From: Candidatus Latescibacterota bacterium
GTDB lineage: Bacteria > Latescibacterota > UBA2968 > GCA-2709665
Reading direction: 5' to 3'
DNA length: 64,000 nucleotides
Assembly: GCA_965205485.1 (NCBI GenBank)
Contig: OZ242180.1
Coordinates: 1,920,001-1,984,000 of the forward strand
Shown here: positions 8,272 through 19,354 of the stretch, piece by piece
How positions within the stretch are numbered: position 1 is the first letter of the stretch
Layout of the letters: every line of letters begins with the position of its first letter
Program-made: the position numbers and the translations under genes
The notes under the pieces: generated by a model
Told to the model about the DNA's origin: nothing
Databases searched by the model: none
Seen by the model: only the letters and a program-made list of their open reading frames with translations

Positions 8272-10885
8272 TCATTGCCCGAACGCCCTGGCAAAGATCA
8301 CAAAATCCCCCAGTCCAATGGCGTCATCGCCGTCCAGATCGAACTTCGGATCGAAGTCCGCATCCGCGGACGTCCTGCCAAACGCTTCCGAAAACGCGAC
8401 AAAGTCCGCGAACCCCACCGTTCCGTCGCCGTTGAAGTCTGCAAACACCGCCGCCTCGATAGAAACCGGCTCGAACGTCCTGAACCCCGCTGAACGTTCT
8501 CCGTTTTTCCACAGTCGCACGTCCAGCGTATAGGCGTCCGAAACCTGCTGCTCGCGCGAAAAGGCAATGTCCGTGCTGAACCGTCCGTTCACAACCGGTG
8601 CGACGAATTGGGTGTCGGACCGGCCGGATGGCGATGTGTCATCCCCGCCGAACGTGAAGAAACTGAATTCGATCTGGGATACCGACGGATCTGACGTGGC
8701 GCCGTCAACCCGCACCGGGTGACCGATCCGGTATTCAATGGGCATCGGCGCGTCGAGCCGGATGCCCTGGAAGAAATCCACGGGAAGCAGGACGGGCCCT
8801 GCTCCTTGAATTACGACGAAGGGGCGGAATGAGTCCTGTGGAAGCGCGTAGTTCGTATTGCCGCGTTGCCTGTTGATCGCCAGCTGATGAACGCCGGACT
8901 GCGCGTGCGTGAAGAGGACCGTCTTGCTGAAGTGCCTCTCGATCACGGGCGCCTCGAAGTGCACGGATCTGTCGATATCCTCGTGCCAGAAGCTGAGGTT
9001 GATCGCCGTCAGCGTTGTATCGGATACTGCGCCGGATATCTGGAGCGCCTGTCCCGTGCGCACTTCAACGGGGACCGGCGAGGAGAACACAATGTCGGTA
9101 AAGTAGCTGGTGGGCAATGGAGACTTCTCCGGTCCTTCCGCTATGGTGAAGACGCCGAAGGTGCCCGCCGGATCGAAGTCCTGTTGAGCCTGCCGTCTGG
9201 TTCCGACCCGGAGCCGATAGTCACCCGCCTGCTCGTGCGAGAAGAAAAACGTCTGGCGGAATTTTTCGTCGCGGATCGGGACAACGTAACGGTTTCTTCT
9301 GCCGAAATCCTCGAGCAGGAGCGTGAACTCGATCTCGGATATTGACGTATCGGATACAGCGCCCGAAACTTGAATCGGTTTGTAGGACTGAAAGGGTCCC
9401 GAAACCGGCGCATCGAGCGAAATCCCTGAAGAAATCGGCGGGAATCGCGATGCGGGTTTGGTCGCGAGGCGGAACGGGGATGAGGAACACCCTGGGAGAA
9501 CCCTCGGCGTCGGTTTGAATCCATATGGTTGTGGTCTCGCGGTACGACAATCGCAGAAAAGCTGCGGAAAGGGGTTGGACGGTTCCCTGTCCGGGGGACG
9601 TCTCCGGAGTGACGGGAATTCCGTTGGAAGGGGAAACCGTCGTGCGCCGCTTGTCGTGTCCGCCAGAAAGGGCGTGGTGTATTCGAGCGCAGGGTTGAAC
9701 CCCGACCCGCTCAGATACAGCCGCGACAGAAATCTCTCGTAAATGTCGGTGATGCGGTCATTGGCGGCCTCTCTCACGTTCCGTAATCCGACGTGGCTCG
9801 TCTGAACCAGGCGCGGGAGGATTTCATGCCGAAATCTTCGATGAGGCTGCCGCACAAACAGATAGGCTGCGCCGCGGACGGCCGGGTTATCGACCGACCC
9901 GCGCAGCGGCGTACCGTGCGGGTTGGCGAGGAAGCGTTCGATATTCTGTCGATTGTGCAATTCGTGCGCGCCGACCAGGTCCTCACAGAGGAGGGACAGT
10001 CCTTCGTTGAGCCAGTTCTCTTCTGGCAGGCCGTTTCGAACCAGCACGTGCTGGTGGAAGCTTAAGAGATGTTGAAATTCATGGGCAAGCACTGCGCCGG
10101 TAACGGCGGGATCGTTGAAAGGATTAATGAAGAGCAGGTCGACCTGGTCGCCGTTGCCGCCCTGGCTCTCGGGCAGGATCGATGCGGCGTTGAAGAATCC
10201 GCGTACCACGGTGGTATCGTCACCCACTTCGTCAACCAGGTGGGTGTAGAGCAGGTGAATCCTCTCGACGCCCACCGCACGCGGGTCGCGTACGAGCGCG
10301 GACGTGACAACGGGATAGATCCTCAGGCCGAACAGGCCGACGTCCCCCTCGATCCGCGTCCTGCTCACGCGGCCGGTGTCGGACACGTCCACGTAGGCTC
10401 TCGCCCGGTGGCCGTCCGCGAAGAGCACCGCCGTAACGGACGTATCGGGCACGTTTCCGAATGCGGGAAATTGCGAACCGGCGGGCGCCGACCAGATGCG
10501 GCGCGACCTTTGTCGCCGGGGGGCGGTATCCGCCGGTCTGTCGTACCCGGCGGGCAAGCTCGTGCTCCTTTCTTCGAAGCTGCGCTTCCAGACCGGCGCC
10601 CGGGATTGACGGCACCCTCGCATCGGGAGTGGGAACGCTCACGGACGTTGGCGCCGCTCGGGATATTGAAAACAGCGAACCCAGTACTCCGGATTCTCCT
10701 TGAGATCGGGCGTCGCTTCCGTATTCAGGGAATACAGGAACATCATGTAGTCCCGGTCGGTAAAATCGAGGGTCAGATGCGACTCGTCCCCAATAGTTGA
10801 CCGCCTGGCGTTCCCCGATCTTCTGCGCGGGAACCGGCTGAAAGGAGAATAACAACAGGAGAATGGAAACGGAAAAACGTGTCAT
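8272..10885 (-). pseudogene. Secreted Zn-metallopeptidase + 3 repeat domains + dockerin-like EF-hand tail; multiple frameshifts (decay or sequencing indels)
   Basis: Signal peptide MTRFSVSILLLLFS at 10885, HEFQH...WLNEGLS, DFNGDGTVGFADF/DLDGDDAIGLGDF; paralog-matching segments lie in different frames. Confidence 0.8.
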
Positions 10886-11301
10886 TGTTGGCCGTCCTGT
10901 AAATTTCGTGTACGTAATACACGCTGCCCGGACAACCGCACGTCCCGGGCGGGTGGATGAACCCGCCGGCGCCGGCGGGATGGAGCCACACGTCAATGTC
11001 GGCTCGTCGGGTCGACCTGAGGGCGAAGAGGATCGCCCCCTCGCCCCACATTGCAAAACATCAGGCAACCCGGCGACATTGTCAAGCCATTTCACCAGAC
11101 TTCATCGGGAAAACACTTCAGGAAGGCAGTTGCGAAGGGAATACCGGCAACACATCATGACGACGTCACATCGCGGGCGGGGATGATACGGGAGACACAA
11201 CGACGCGCTTACGATGGGGGACGGGAAGTGAAGAGTACGCGTTACTTCCAGCTTTCGATCGATGTCAGTCTCAGTTGATCACATTCCGCTTGATGGCCGG
11301 C

Positions 11302-12579
11302 CTAATTCCCGACGGGTTGCCCGAACGCTTTCGAAAAAATCAGAAAGTCAGTAAATCCGACGGTTCCGTCACCGTCCAGATCGAACCTGGAATCGAAGGC
11401 CTCATCGTCGGAAGACGCGCCGAACGCATCTGCAAACAGGATGAAATCCGGAAACCCAATCGTTCCATCACGATCGAAGTCCGGGGAAGGGGGCGGCATT
11501 AAGGTTATTGGTCCGAATCGTCTGGGACCCAGCGAGCGGTTGCCCCGTCTCCACAGATACACATCCAGCGAACCATCGCCAGGGCGGTGCCCGTGCTCGG
11601 GTGAAAACTCGATATTTGCGATGAATTCACCTTGGGTCACAGGTGAGCTGAAGTCGACCCGGCCTCGGAAATTCTGACGCGATTTGTGTACAAAGAACTC
11701 AAAGTCGATTTGACGCACGGAAGGATCGGACACGGTGCCGGTAACTCGAACGCTTCGTCCAAGCGCATAGACGACTGGCATCGGCGACGTAAGTTCGATT
11801 TCCTCGAAGTAGTCGAAAGGAAAGAACACTGCACCCTCGCCTTCTGTTACGTTAATGGGGCTGAATTCGTCCCGACGTATTTGAACAGTGTGCCCGGAGC
11901 GATACCTTTCCAGTGCCAGTTTGTAAACACCTGCCGTATTGTGCGGCAGGAATATCGGCTTGTTTAGTCGACCGTCGATCACCGGGGCTATGTGCCACAT
12001 CGGAAAATCACCGTTCCTATTGTAGAAGATCAGCTTGACCATGTATAGTGATGGATCGAATACCGTTGCGGAAACACGAACAATCTGACCGGTCGTCATT
12101 TCAACGGGGATCGGTGAGTCCAGTTCAATATCGGAAAAATAATCCACGGGAATCGGCGATATCTCTGGGGCTTGTTGAACAATGAAGGGACGAAATGCGC
12201 CTGCTGAGGAGTATGGCGGCTTCCCCCGTATGAGTCTCAACTGCAAGACATAGTCATCTGCCTGTTCGTGGGAAAAGAACAACGTATGTTTGAATCCCTG
12301 GTCGTGTACCGGAACCATGTACCAATACGCCGACCCACATTGGTCTATTTCTTCACTGTCGTTGTAAAGGAATGCAAACTGGATCTCGGATATCAGAGGA
12401 TCGGATACCGTACCGGAAAAGTGAATCGGCGTGTACGACAGAAATGGGCCGGACACGGACGCATCCAGCGAGATCCCTGCGAAGAAATCTCTTGATATCG
12501 TCGTATTGGCTTGACCGTCCGCGGCAAGCGGCTTTAGACCGAGTGAGATCAGAAGGAACGCAACTGCCAGAGTTCTCAT
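11302..12579 (-). CDS. Secreted protein, 3 beta-rich repeats + dockerin-like EF-hand tail
   Basis: Signal peptide MRTLAVAFLLISLG, three D[FY]FxxIxLxxP...SGTVSDP units, PDFDRDGTIGFPDF...DLDGDGTVGFTDF. Confidence 0.85.
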   Translation of the reverse strand: MRTLAVAFLLISLGLKPLAADGQANTTISRDFFAGISLDASVSGPFLSYTPIHFSGTVSDPLISEIQFAFLYNDSEEIDQCGSAYWYMVPVHDQGFKHTLFFSHEQADDYVLQLRLIRGKPPYSSAGAFRPFIVQQAPEISPIPVDYFSDIELDSPIPVEMTTGQIVRVSATVFDPSLYMVKLIFYNRNGDFPMWHIAPVIDGRLNKPIFLPHNTAGVYKLALERYRSGHTVQIRRDEFSPINVTEGEGAVFFPFDYFEEIELTSPMPVVYALGRSVRVTGTVSDPSVRQIDFEFFVHKSRQNFRGRVDFSSPVTQGEFIANIEFSPEHGHRPGDGSLDVYLWRRGNRSLGPRRFGPITLMPPPSPDFDRDGTIGFPDFILFADAFGASSDDEAFDSRFDLDGDGTVGFTDFLIFSKAFGQPVGN

Positions 12580-12882
12580 CTCCAGCCTCCCTGCAAGTTT
12601 TCGACCGATTGCGCACCGCTGGAAACTGATACGTTGCAAATGCTTTGGCAATCTGCAACGATTAACCTCAATCCAAAAAAAACAGCAACGCGGCGACGCG
12701 ATAAAACCCTCCGAAACGGGGCGTTATCGACGTAAAGAAGGGCGTTTTTTCCCTTCACGTACAGTGTCCTGGTGTATCCTGGTAATCAGCCGTCTAATCG
12801 CCTTTATTAACTCGCACATATTCGAATTAACCTTCCCGAAAAATGACGAATCAAGGTCAAAATCAGGAATAGATCCTTCGCA

Positions 12883-14883
12883 TCACTGTCGTCCGTTCGT
12901 ACCGAAAGCCTCCCCGAATATCAGAAAGTCCGAGAATCCCACCTCCCCGTCCAGGTCCAGATCGAACCAGGGTTCGAAGTCGTCGTCGGCCCACGACCTG
13001 CCGAAAGCGCGCGCAAAGAGGATGAAATCCGGGAACCCGACCGTCCCGTCACGGTCGAAGTCCGGAGACGGGCGTTCCCCCCGCATTACGGCCATCGGGC
13101 TGTATGTCGTTGCAAAATGCCTGTTTACGCCAATGCGAAGCGTGTATGTTCCTGCCTCATCCGGATAGAAAAAGAGCCGTTTGTTGAACCGACCCTCGGT
13201 AACGGGCGCACGGAATCGGATCTCCCTCAAGGCGTTTTCAAAATAGAAATCAACCACACCGGACGGCGCCGCAGCGGATGACGTTCCACTTATGGATATG
13301 GCCTGCCCTGTCCTGAACTGAAGCGGCAGCGGCGGGTCGAAGGCAGCGCGGGCCCGATAATTCGCGGGTATCGCGATACGTGGTTGGTAGTTTATGGGTA
13401 TGGGTATGAGTTGTGCCCGAAATGTACCATCCGGATCGGTCTGTATGGTTATCGTGGTCCGCCTTCGGTTTCCAGTCAATCGAATGTACATGGGTGAAAG
13501 TTGATGCAAAAGCCCTTTGACCGTAACCGTGTGCGCATCGCTCCGAAAGACAGGATCGAACCCGCCGCCGTCGTAGATCTGGTACCCGCCTTCCGGCCAA
13601 ATTACAGGCTGATTGGGGAGGGGAAATGCACGAGCGTGCGAAATGTCGTCTGCGAGCGGCGCCGAAGTATAGTTGAGCTTTGTGTTGAGGCGCAATCCAC
13701 TCAGGAACAGCCTCGCAGCGTGCCTGTCGAAAATATCGCCAAATCGACGGCCCGTCGCGGCCTCTATATTTGCAATTCCCGTCTTGTCGGTCTGCACGAG
13801 CCGTGACACGATTCCTGAGCCAAACTCCTCAACAAGGCTATGCACGAAAAGATAAAGGGCCCCACGACTTCTCCGTACACAATTCCCGTTCGTAACCAAT
13901 GGACCCTGGCCCGTAAAGTCGAGGAAGAAATCGGCATTCGATTCATTGAAGAAGTTCTCGCCGATGAGGTCTTCGCAGAAGTGTGATAACCCCTCATTGA
14001 GCCAAAGAACTTCCGGTTGTCCGTTGCGAACGAGCACGCGCTGATTGAAGTTGATGAGATGTTGGAATTCGTGTGCAAGCACGGCATGGACTTTCCGTGG
14101 ATCGGTGTCCGGGTCTATATAGAACATATCGGAAAGGTTACCATTGCCTCCCTGACTCACGGATAGCAACGACGGTGCATGGAAGAATCCGGCCGCGCCG
14201 AAAATGGATTCATCCGGGTTAACGAGATTGGTATAAAGAAAGTGGATCTTGCCATCGCTATCCACGTCTGAAGCCGGTCCGAATGCGGACGTGACAAGGG
14301 GATATGTCTTCTCGCTGAAGCGGTCGACCTGTACCTGGAGCGAGTCTGCGTTCATCCGGCTGACGTCCGCCACGTCCACGTAGGCATTAGCCCGCTCGCC
14401 GGTCGCTACGAGAGACGCCGTAATTGTGGTTTTCGGGACATTTCCGAATGGGGGAAACACGAATTGGCGGGTGCTGCCTATCTGTTGCGGGACGGTCTTC
14501 GCCGCGTGAGGGCGATAGCCGCCGGATTCCTGCAGGCGGCCCGCAAGTTCCCGTTCCCGTGCTCGCAGCATGCTTTCGAAACTGACACGGTCGGCAACGG
14601 GCGCTTGCGGACTGGCCTCCGGTCCGCCATCCAGAACGGGATTCGAAGTGCCGAAAGCGGCGGTCACGGAGTAGCCCAACGGACTTTGGAGACCGAAACT
14701 CTTGTTTTCCAAATGGGTATCAATGGAATAGAGGATCAACTGGTAGTCGCATTTCGAGAAATCAAGGGTCAGCGTCGTTGAATTCTCAGGGAGATCGACC
14801 GGTATCGGCTCGCCGATTTCCTGGGCGGGAAGCTTCTGAATGCCAGCCAATAACAGCAGGAACAAGCAGCTGAGAAGCCTCAT
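12883..14883 (-). CDS. Secreted Zn-metallopeptidase (M30-like HEFQH) with dockerin-like tail
   Basis: Signal peptide, LAHEFQHLI, WLNEGLSH, C-terminal paired DxDxDG loops. Confidence 0.88.
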   Translation of the reverse strand: MRLLSCLFLLLLAGIQKLPAQEIGEPIPVDLPENSTTLTLDFSKCDYQLILYSIDTHLENKSFGLQSPLGYSVTAAFGTSNPVLDGGPEASPQAPVADRVSFESMLRARERELAGRLQESGGYRPHAAKTVPQQIGSTRQFVFPPFGNVPKTTITASLVATGERANAYVDVADVSRMNADSLQVQVDRFSEKTYPLVTSAFGPASDVDSDGKIHFLYTNLVNPDESIFGAAGFFHAPSLLSVSQGGNGNLSDMFYIDPDTDPRKVHAVLAHEFQHLINFNQRVLVRNGQPEVLWLNEGLSHFCEDLIGENFFNESNADFFLDFTGQGPLVTNGNCVRRSRGALYLFVHSLVEEFGSGIVSRLVQTDKTGIANIEAATGRRFGDIFDRHAARLFLSGLRLNTKLNYTSAPLADDISHARAFPLPNQPVIWPEGGYQIYDGGGFDPVFRSDAHTVTVKGLLHQLSPMYIRLTGNRRRTTITIQTDPDGTFRAQLIPIPINYQPRIAIPANYRARAAFDPPLPLQFRTGQAISISGTSSAAAPSGVVDFYFENALREIRFRAPVTEGRFNKRLFFYPDEAGTYTLRIGVNRHFATTYSPMAVMRGERPSPDFDRDGTVGFPDFILFARAFGRSWADDDFEPWFDLDLDGEVGFSDFLIFGEAFGTNGRQ

Positions 14884-15022
14884 CCCTGGCCTCCTTTCAT
14901 ATTCTCAACCGTACGCACGTCGGTGGAAACCGACCGGGTAGTGGTACGATACTTGCAATAGGCCTTATGTTCTGCCATTGAAAAGCGCAGTTGGATCGGT
15001 AAAACCGAAAATTGAAAAAATG

Positions 15023-15038
15023 TGCAAGCCTGCTGCCA
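15023..15038 (-). promoter_or_regulatory. Candidate sigma54 promoter
   Basis: TGGCAGCAGGCTTGCA (GG-N10-GC) upstream of the 14883 start; counterpart at 19104-19119. Confidence 0.45.
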
Positions 15039-15612
15039 TTGTTCAATAGTAACCGGGAAGTTGCACGTTGTTGTCAAATAATATTGTTCAATCATAGCAG
15101 GAAACGTACTGAATTCGCACGGCTTCCTGATCCATCGCGGTCAACTATAGTCATACCCACCCTCCCACAGATCCGAATAATCCCTGCAGGTCGCAATCGT
15201 AGTTGGCCGGATTCCAGCCCTGCTTGTTCGTTATCCGGTCTTGACCCCTGTCCATTGTTTGTCAATCCTGTTCACTCGGTCTCTCATCATGTTCAATCGG
15301 CTTTTCACTTTGTTCAGTCCTGGTCGGGGTTTTGATCCTGCACAATCCGCTTCAAATCCTGTTGCGTTCTGCTCCTGGTTCTTAACCTCAATTCCGCAAA
15401 AGCCGCAACGCGGCAACTCGACGAAACCCTTCGAAACAGGCCGAAATGGTCGTCATGAAGGACATTTTTTCAGTTCACGTACAGTGTCCTGGTGTATCCT
15501 GGTAATCAGCAGTCTAATCGCTTTTTTAACTGACACATATTCGAATTAACGTCCTCGAAAAATGAGGAATCAAGGTTAATCCTGCTTAATCCTTTCCCGG
15601 TTTTTCTCTCAT

Positions 15613-16875
15613 TCACTGCCCAAATGCTTTGGCGAAGATCAAGAAATCGCCGAAATCAACGGTCCCATCGCCATTCAGATCGTACCTGAAAATCCATGCA
15701 GCTGAAGGCCTCCCGAACGCCCCCGCAAATAACCTGAAATCGGCGAGATCCACCGTGCCATTGCCATCAAAGTCAGGGGAGGGTAGTATGGTAATCGGCC
15801 GGAATGTTCTGGGGCCCCGGGAACGATTGCCTCGGCTATGCAAGAAGACATCAAGCCAATAGTCCCCGGGATGCAGCTGGGACGGGAAATCGCCCAGGAT
15901 GGAAAATTGCTTGTAGCTGATGGCTGCCTTGAAGCTTGCGTCTGTGGTCCCGGGTGATGGACCCAGATATCCACTGGGAAACTGGAACTGGAACTGGAAT
16001 TCGATATCGGAGACCGAAGGATCGGATACGGCGCCGGCAATCCGCAGCTTCTGGCCCGGCGAAAATACAACCGGCATACGCGAGGTAATTATGACTCCCT
16101 CAAAGTAGTCATAAGGGAGGTACGCGGTCCCCGCGCCTCTCATGACATTGACGGGTCTGAATACATCCTGTGCGGCGGCACCTTGTCGGCTGCCATGATA
16201 TCTCCATAACTCCAGGTCGTATACGCCTGCTGTTTTGTGGGCAAAAAAGATCGTCTTGTTGAATTTACCGTCTATCACTGGCGCGCGGTGTACCAGCCGA
16301 AAGTCGATATTCTTCTGAAAGAAGGTCAACGCGATCATCGATAGAGTTGGGTCGAATACAGTACCGGAAACTCGAACAGCCTGCCCTGTCGTGATTTCAA
16401 CCGGGATTGGTGACGCCAATTCAATGTCAGGAAAGAAGCCAGTGGGAATCGGCGTGGGTTTCGTATTTTCTTGTATTAAGATCGAGTGGACGACACCCGC
16501 CGAAGAGTACGGCTGTTTACCCCGTTTTGTAAGCAGTTCCAGATGGTAGCCATCCGCCTGTTCGTTTGAAAAGAACAACGTATGGCTGAATCTGCGTTCG
16601 CGCACGGGGACACTGTAAAAATTAAACAAATTACAGTCATCTATGTCTTCAGCTTCATTGAAGTAGACGTGAAACATGACCCGGGAAATCGAGGGATCGG
16701 ACACCGTGCCGGAAAAATGAATTGGCGTGTACGAAAAAAACGGACCGCTTACCGGCTTGTCAAGCTTAATGCCTGTGAAATAATCGGTTGAAATCTCGAT
16801 GTTGGACCGGCTGTCTGCATATAGCGGATGAAAGCACAATAATGAAAGAAGGAATGCGCTTGAAAAGGACCTCAT
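15613..16875 (-). CDS. Secreted protein, 3 beta-rich repeats + dockerin-like tail (paralog of 11302-12579)
   Basis: MRSFSSAFLLSLLCF signal peptide, SGPFFSYTPIHFSGTVSDP shared with paralog, PDFDGNGTVDLADF. Confidence 0.85.
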   Translation of the reverse strand: MRSFSSAFLLSLLCFHPLYADSRSNIEISTDYFTGIKLDKPVSGPFFSYTPIHFSGTVSDPSISRVMFHVYFNEAEDIDDCNLFNFYSVPVRERRFSHTLFFSNEQADGYHLELLTKRGKQPYSSAGVVHSILIQENTKPTPIPTGFFPDIELASPIPVEITTGQAVRVSGTVFDPTLSMIALTFFQKNIDFRLVHRAPVIDGKFNKTIFFAHKTAGVYDLELWRYHGSRQGAAAQDVFRPVNVMRGAGTAYLPYDYFEGVIITSRMPVVFSPGQKLRIAGAVSDPSVSDIEFQFQFQFPSGYLGPSPGTTDASFKAAISYKQFSILGDFPSQLHPGDYWLDVFLHSRGNRSRGPRTFRPITILPSPDFDGNGTVDLADFRLFAGAFGRPSAAWIFRYDLNGDGTVDFGDFLIFAKAFGQ

Positions 16876-16969
16876 TCCGGCCTCCAGCTGTGTTTGAGAC
16901 GGAAAAAATGCCGCAGGAAATCGGTCTGGACGGAGCGCCATGGGGTTCGTTCGCTGTAACCGGAGCGAG

Positions 16970-18964
16970 TCATCGTCCGAAAGCCTCCGTGAAAATCAGA
17001 TAGTCCGAGAATCCCACCTCGCCGTCGAGGTCCAGATCGAACCGGGATTCCCAATCCTCGTCGTCCCTGGAATTGCCGAACGCGCGCGCAAAGAGGATGA
17101 AATCCGGGAACCCGACCATCCCGTCGCGGTCAAAGTCCGGGGAAGGGGGTTCCCTGTGTACCACGGCCATTGGGTAAAAGACCGCTGATCCGTGCCATCC
17201 CGCCACCGTGATGGAGAATGAATATCTCCCGACGTCATTGGGATGAAAGAAGAGTGTCTTATTGAACTTACCATTTGCAATTGGCGTTTGTAAGCGGATT
17301 ACCCGGAGACCGCTCTCCAGCCAGAACTCGACGTTTCCGGTCAATGACGCATTGGAGATTCTTCCGCTGACAGGAATGGCCTCGCCAACCCGGAACTGCA
17401 CGGGCAACGGCGTGTCAAAGGCTACACGTGGCCAATAATTCCCGGATATCGAGATTTGAGGCTGATAGTTCACGGGGACGGGAACGAGTTGTGCCCGGAA
17501 TTCACCTTTTGGATCTGTACGAATGGTAATCTTCGTCTCATTTCGGTTGCCAATCAGGCGTAGATACACAGGCGCGAGCTGATATATTTCCCCTTTGACC
17601 GTGACGGATTGCGTCTCATCCGGGGAGACCGGTATAAACCTCCTGTTTCCGCCAAATTGGTGCCCGCCACCTGGCCACATCAATGCTTGATGGGGGAGCG
17701 GGAATGTCCGTGCGCCGGAAACGTCGTCTGCAAGAGGCGCTTCAGTAAAGCTTAGGTCGGCGTTGATGCCCAGTCCGCTCAAGAATAGCCTCGCAACGTG
17801 CTTCTCGAAAATTTCCCCAAATTGACGGCCCGCCGCAGCTTCTATGTTTTCCAATCCAATCTCGTCGCTCTGCACCAGCCGCGCCAGAATTCCTGACCCA
17901 GACTCCTCAACGAGGCTGCGCACGAAGAGATAGGCGGCACCCCGACTCATCTGGCCCATGCGCGACGTCGTGACCAACGGTCCGCCGCTGGTATTTGTCA
18001 AAAAGAGATCGACATACCTGTCATTGTGCGCGCGGTTCTCGCCTATAAGGTCTTCACAGAAATGCGATAACCCCTCATTGAGCCAAAGAACTTCCGGTTG
18101 TCCGTTGCGAATGAGCACGCGCTGATTGAAGCTGATGAGATGTTGAAATTCGTGTGCAAGCAAGCCGTGCATTCTCCATGGATCCGTGTCCGGGTCGATA
18201 TAAAACATATCGGATAGATTACCGTCGCCTCCCTGGTTCACCGAAAGCAACGACGGGGCATGGAAGAACGCCGCGGCGCCGAATAAGGAATTATCCGGGT
18301 TTACGCGATTGGTGTACACAAAGTGGATCTTGCCATCGTTATCCACGTCCGAAGGCGGTCCGATTGCGGATGTAACAATGGGATATGTCGTCTCGCTGAA
18401 GCGTTCGACCTGCACTTTGATCGAGTCATTACTCATCCGGCCGACGTCGAGCAGGTCCACGTAGGCATTTGCCCGCTGGCTGGTCGCCACAAGAAGTGCA
18501 GAAATCGTGACACTCGCTCTGTCTTCAAACGAAGGAAAGACAAACTTGCGGATTCTGCCTGATTCCTGCGGGACGATCTTCGCCGCGCCCGGGCGATAGC
18601 CACCGGATTCCTGCAGGCGCCTCGCGAGTTCCCGTTCCCGTGTACGTATCGAGCTTTCAAGGCTGACACGGTCGGAAAGGGGCGCTTGTGGACTGGCCTC
18701 CAATCCGCCATCCAAAACGGGATTCGAAGTGCCGAAAGCGGCGGTCACGGAGTAACCCAACGGACTTTTGAGTCCGAAACTACTGTCTTCCAAATGGGTA
18801 TCGATGGAATAGAGGATCAACTCGTAGTCGCATTTTGAGAAATCAAGGGTGAGCGTCGTTGAAGACTCAGCGAGATCGACCGGTATCGGCTGGCCGATTT
18901 CCTGGGCGGGAAGCTTCTGAATGTCGGCCAACAACAGGATGAGCAAGGAGACGAGAATCCTCAT
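16970..18964 (-). CDS. Secreted Zn-metallopeptidase with dockerin-like tail (paralog of 12883-14883)
   Basis: LAHEFQHLI, WLNEGLSHFCEDLIGEN, PDFDRDGMVGFPDF. Confidence 0.88.
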   Translation of the reverse strand: MRILVSLLILLLADIQKLPAQEIGQPIPVDLAESSTTLTLDFSKCDYELILYSIDTHLEDSSFGLKSPLGYSVTAAFGTSNPVLDGGLEASPQAPLSDRVSLESSIRTRERELARRLQESGGYRPGAAKIVPQESGRIRKFVFPSFEDRASVTISALLVATSQRANAYVDLLDVGRMSNDSIKVQVERFSETTYPIVTSAIGPPSDVDNDGKIHFVYTNRVNPDNSLFGAAAFFHAPSLLSVNQGGDGNLSDMFYIDPDTDPWRMHGLLAHEFQHLISFNQRVLIRNGQPEVLWLNEGLSHFCEDLIGENRAHNDRYVDLFLTNTSGGPLVTTSRMGQMSRGAAYLFVRSLVEESGSGILARLVQSDEIGLENIEAAAGRQFGEIFEKHVARLFLSGLGINADLSFTEAPLADDVSGARTFPLPHQALMWPGGGHQFGGNRRFIPVSPDETQSVTVKGEIYQLAPVYLRLIGNRNETKITIRTDPKGEFRAQLVPVPVNYQPQISISGNYWPRVAFDTPLPVQFRVGEAIPVSGRISNASLTGNVEFWLESGLRVIRLQTPIANGKFNKTLFFHPNDVGRYSFSITVAGWHGSAVFYPMAVVHREPPSPDFDRDGMVGFPDFILFARAFGNSRDDEDWESRFDLDLDGEVGFSDYLIFTEAFGR

Positions 18965-19354
18965 CCCTGGCCTCCTTTCATATTCTCAACCGTACGCACG
19001 TCGGTGGAAACCGACCGGGTCGTGGTACGATACTTGCAATAGGCCTTACGTTCTGCCATTGAAAAGCGCCGTTGGATCGATAAAACCGAAAACTGAAAAA
19101 ATGTGCACGCCTGCTGCCATTGTTCAATAGTAACCGTGAAGTTACACGTTGTTGTCAAGTAATATTGTCCAGTCATAGCAGAAAATCTACTGAATTCGCC
19201 AGGCTTCCTGATCCATCGCGGTCAACTATAGTCAATCCCACCCGCCCGCAAATCAAAGTAATCCCGGCAGGTCTCCATTGTAGTTGATTGGGTGTTAAAC
19301 CTGTTCAATCGGATTCAAATCTTGCTCCATCCTGGTCCGGTTTTAGTCCTCGGC

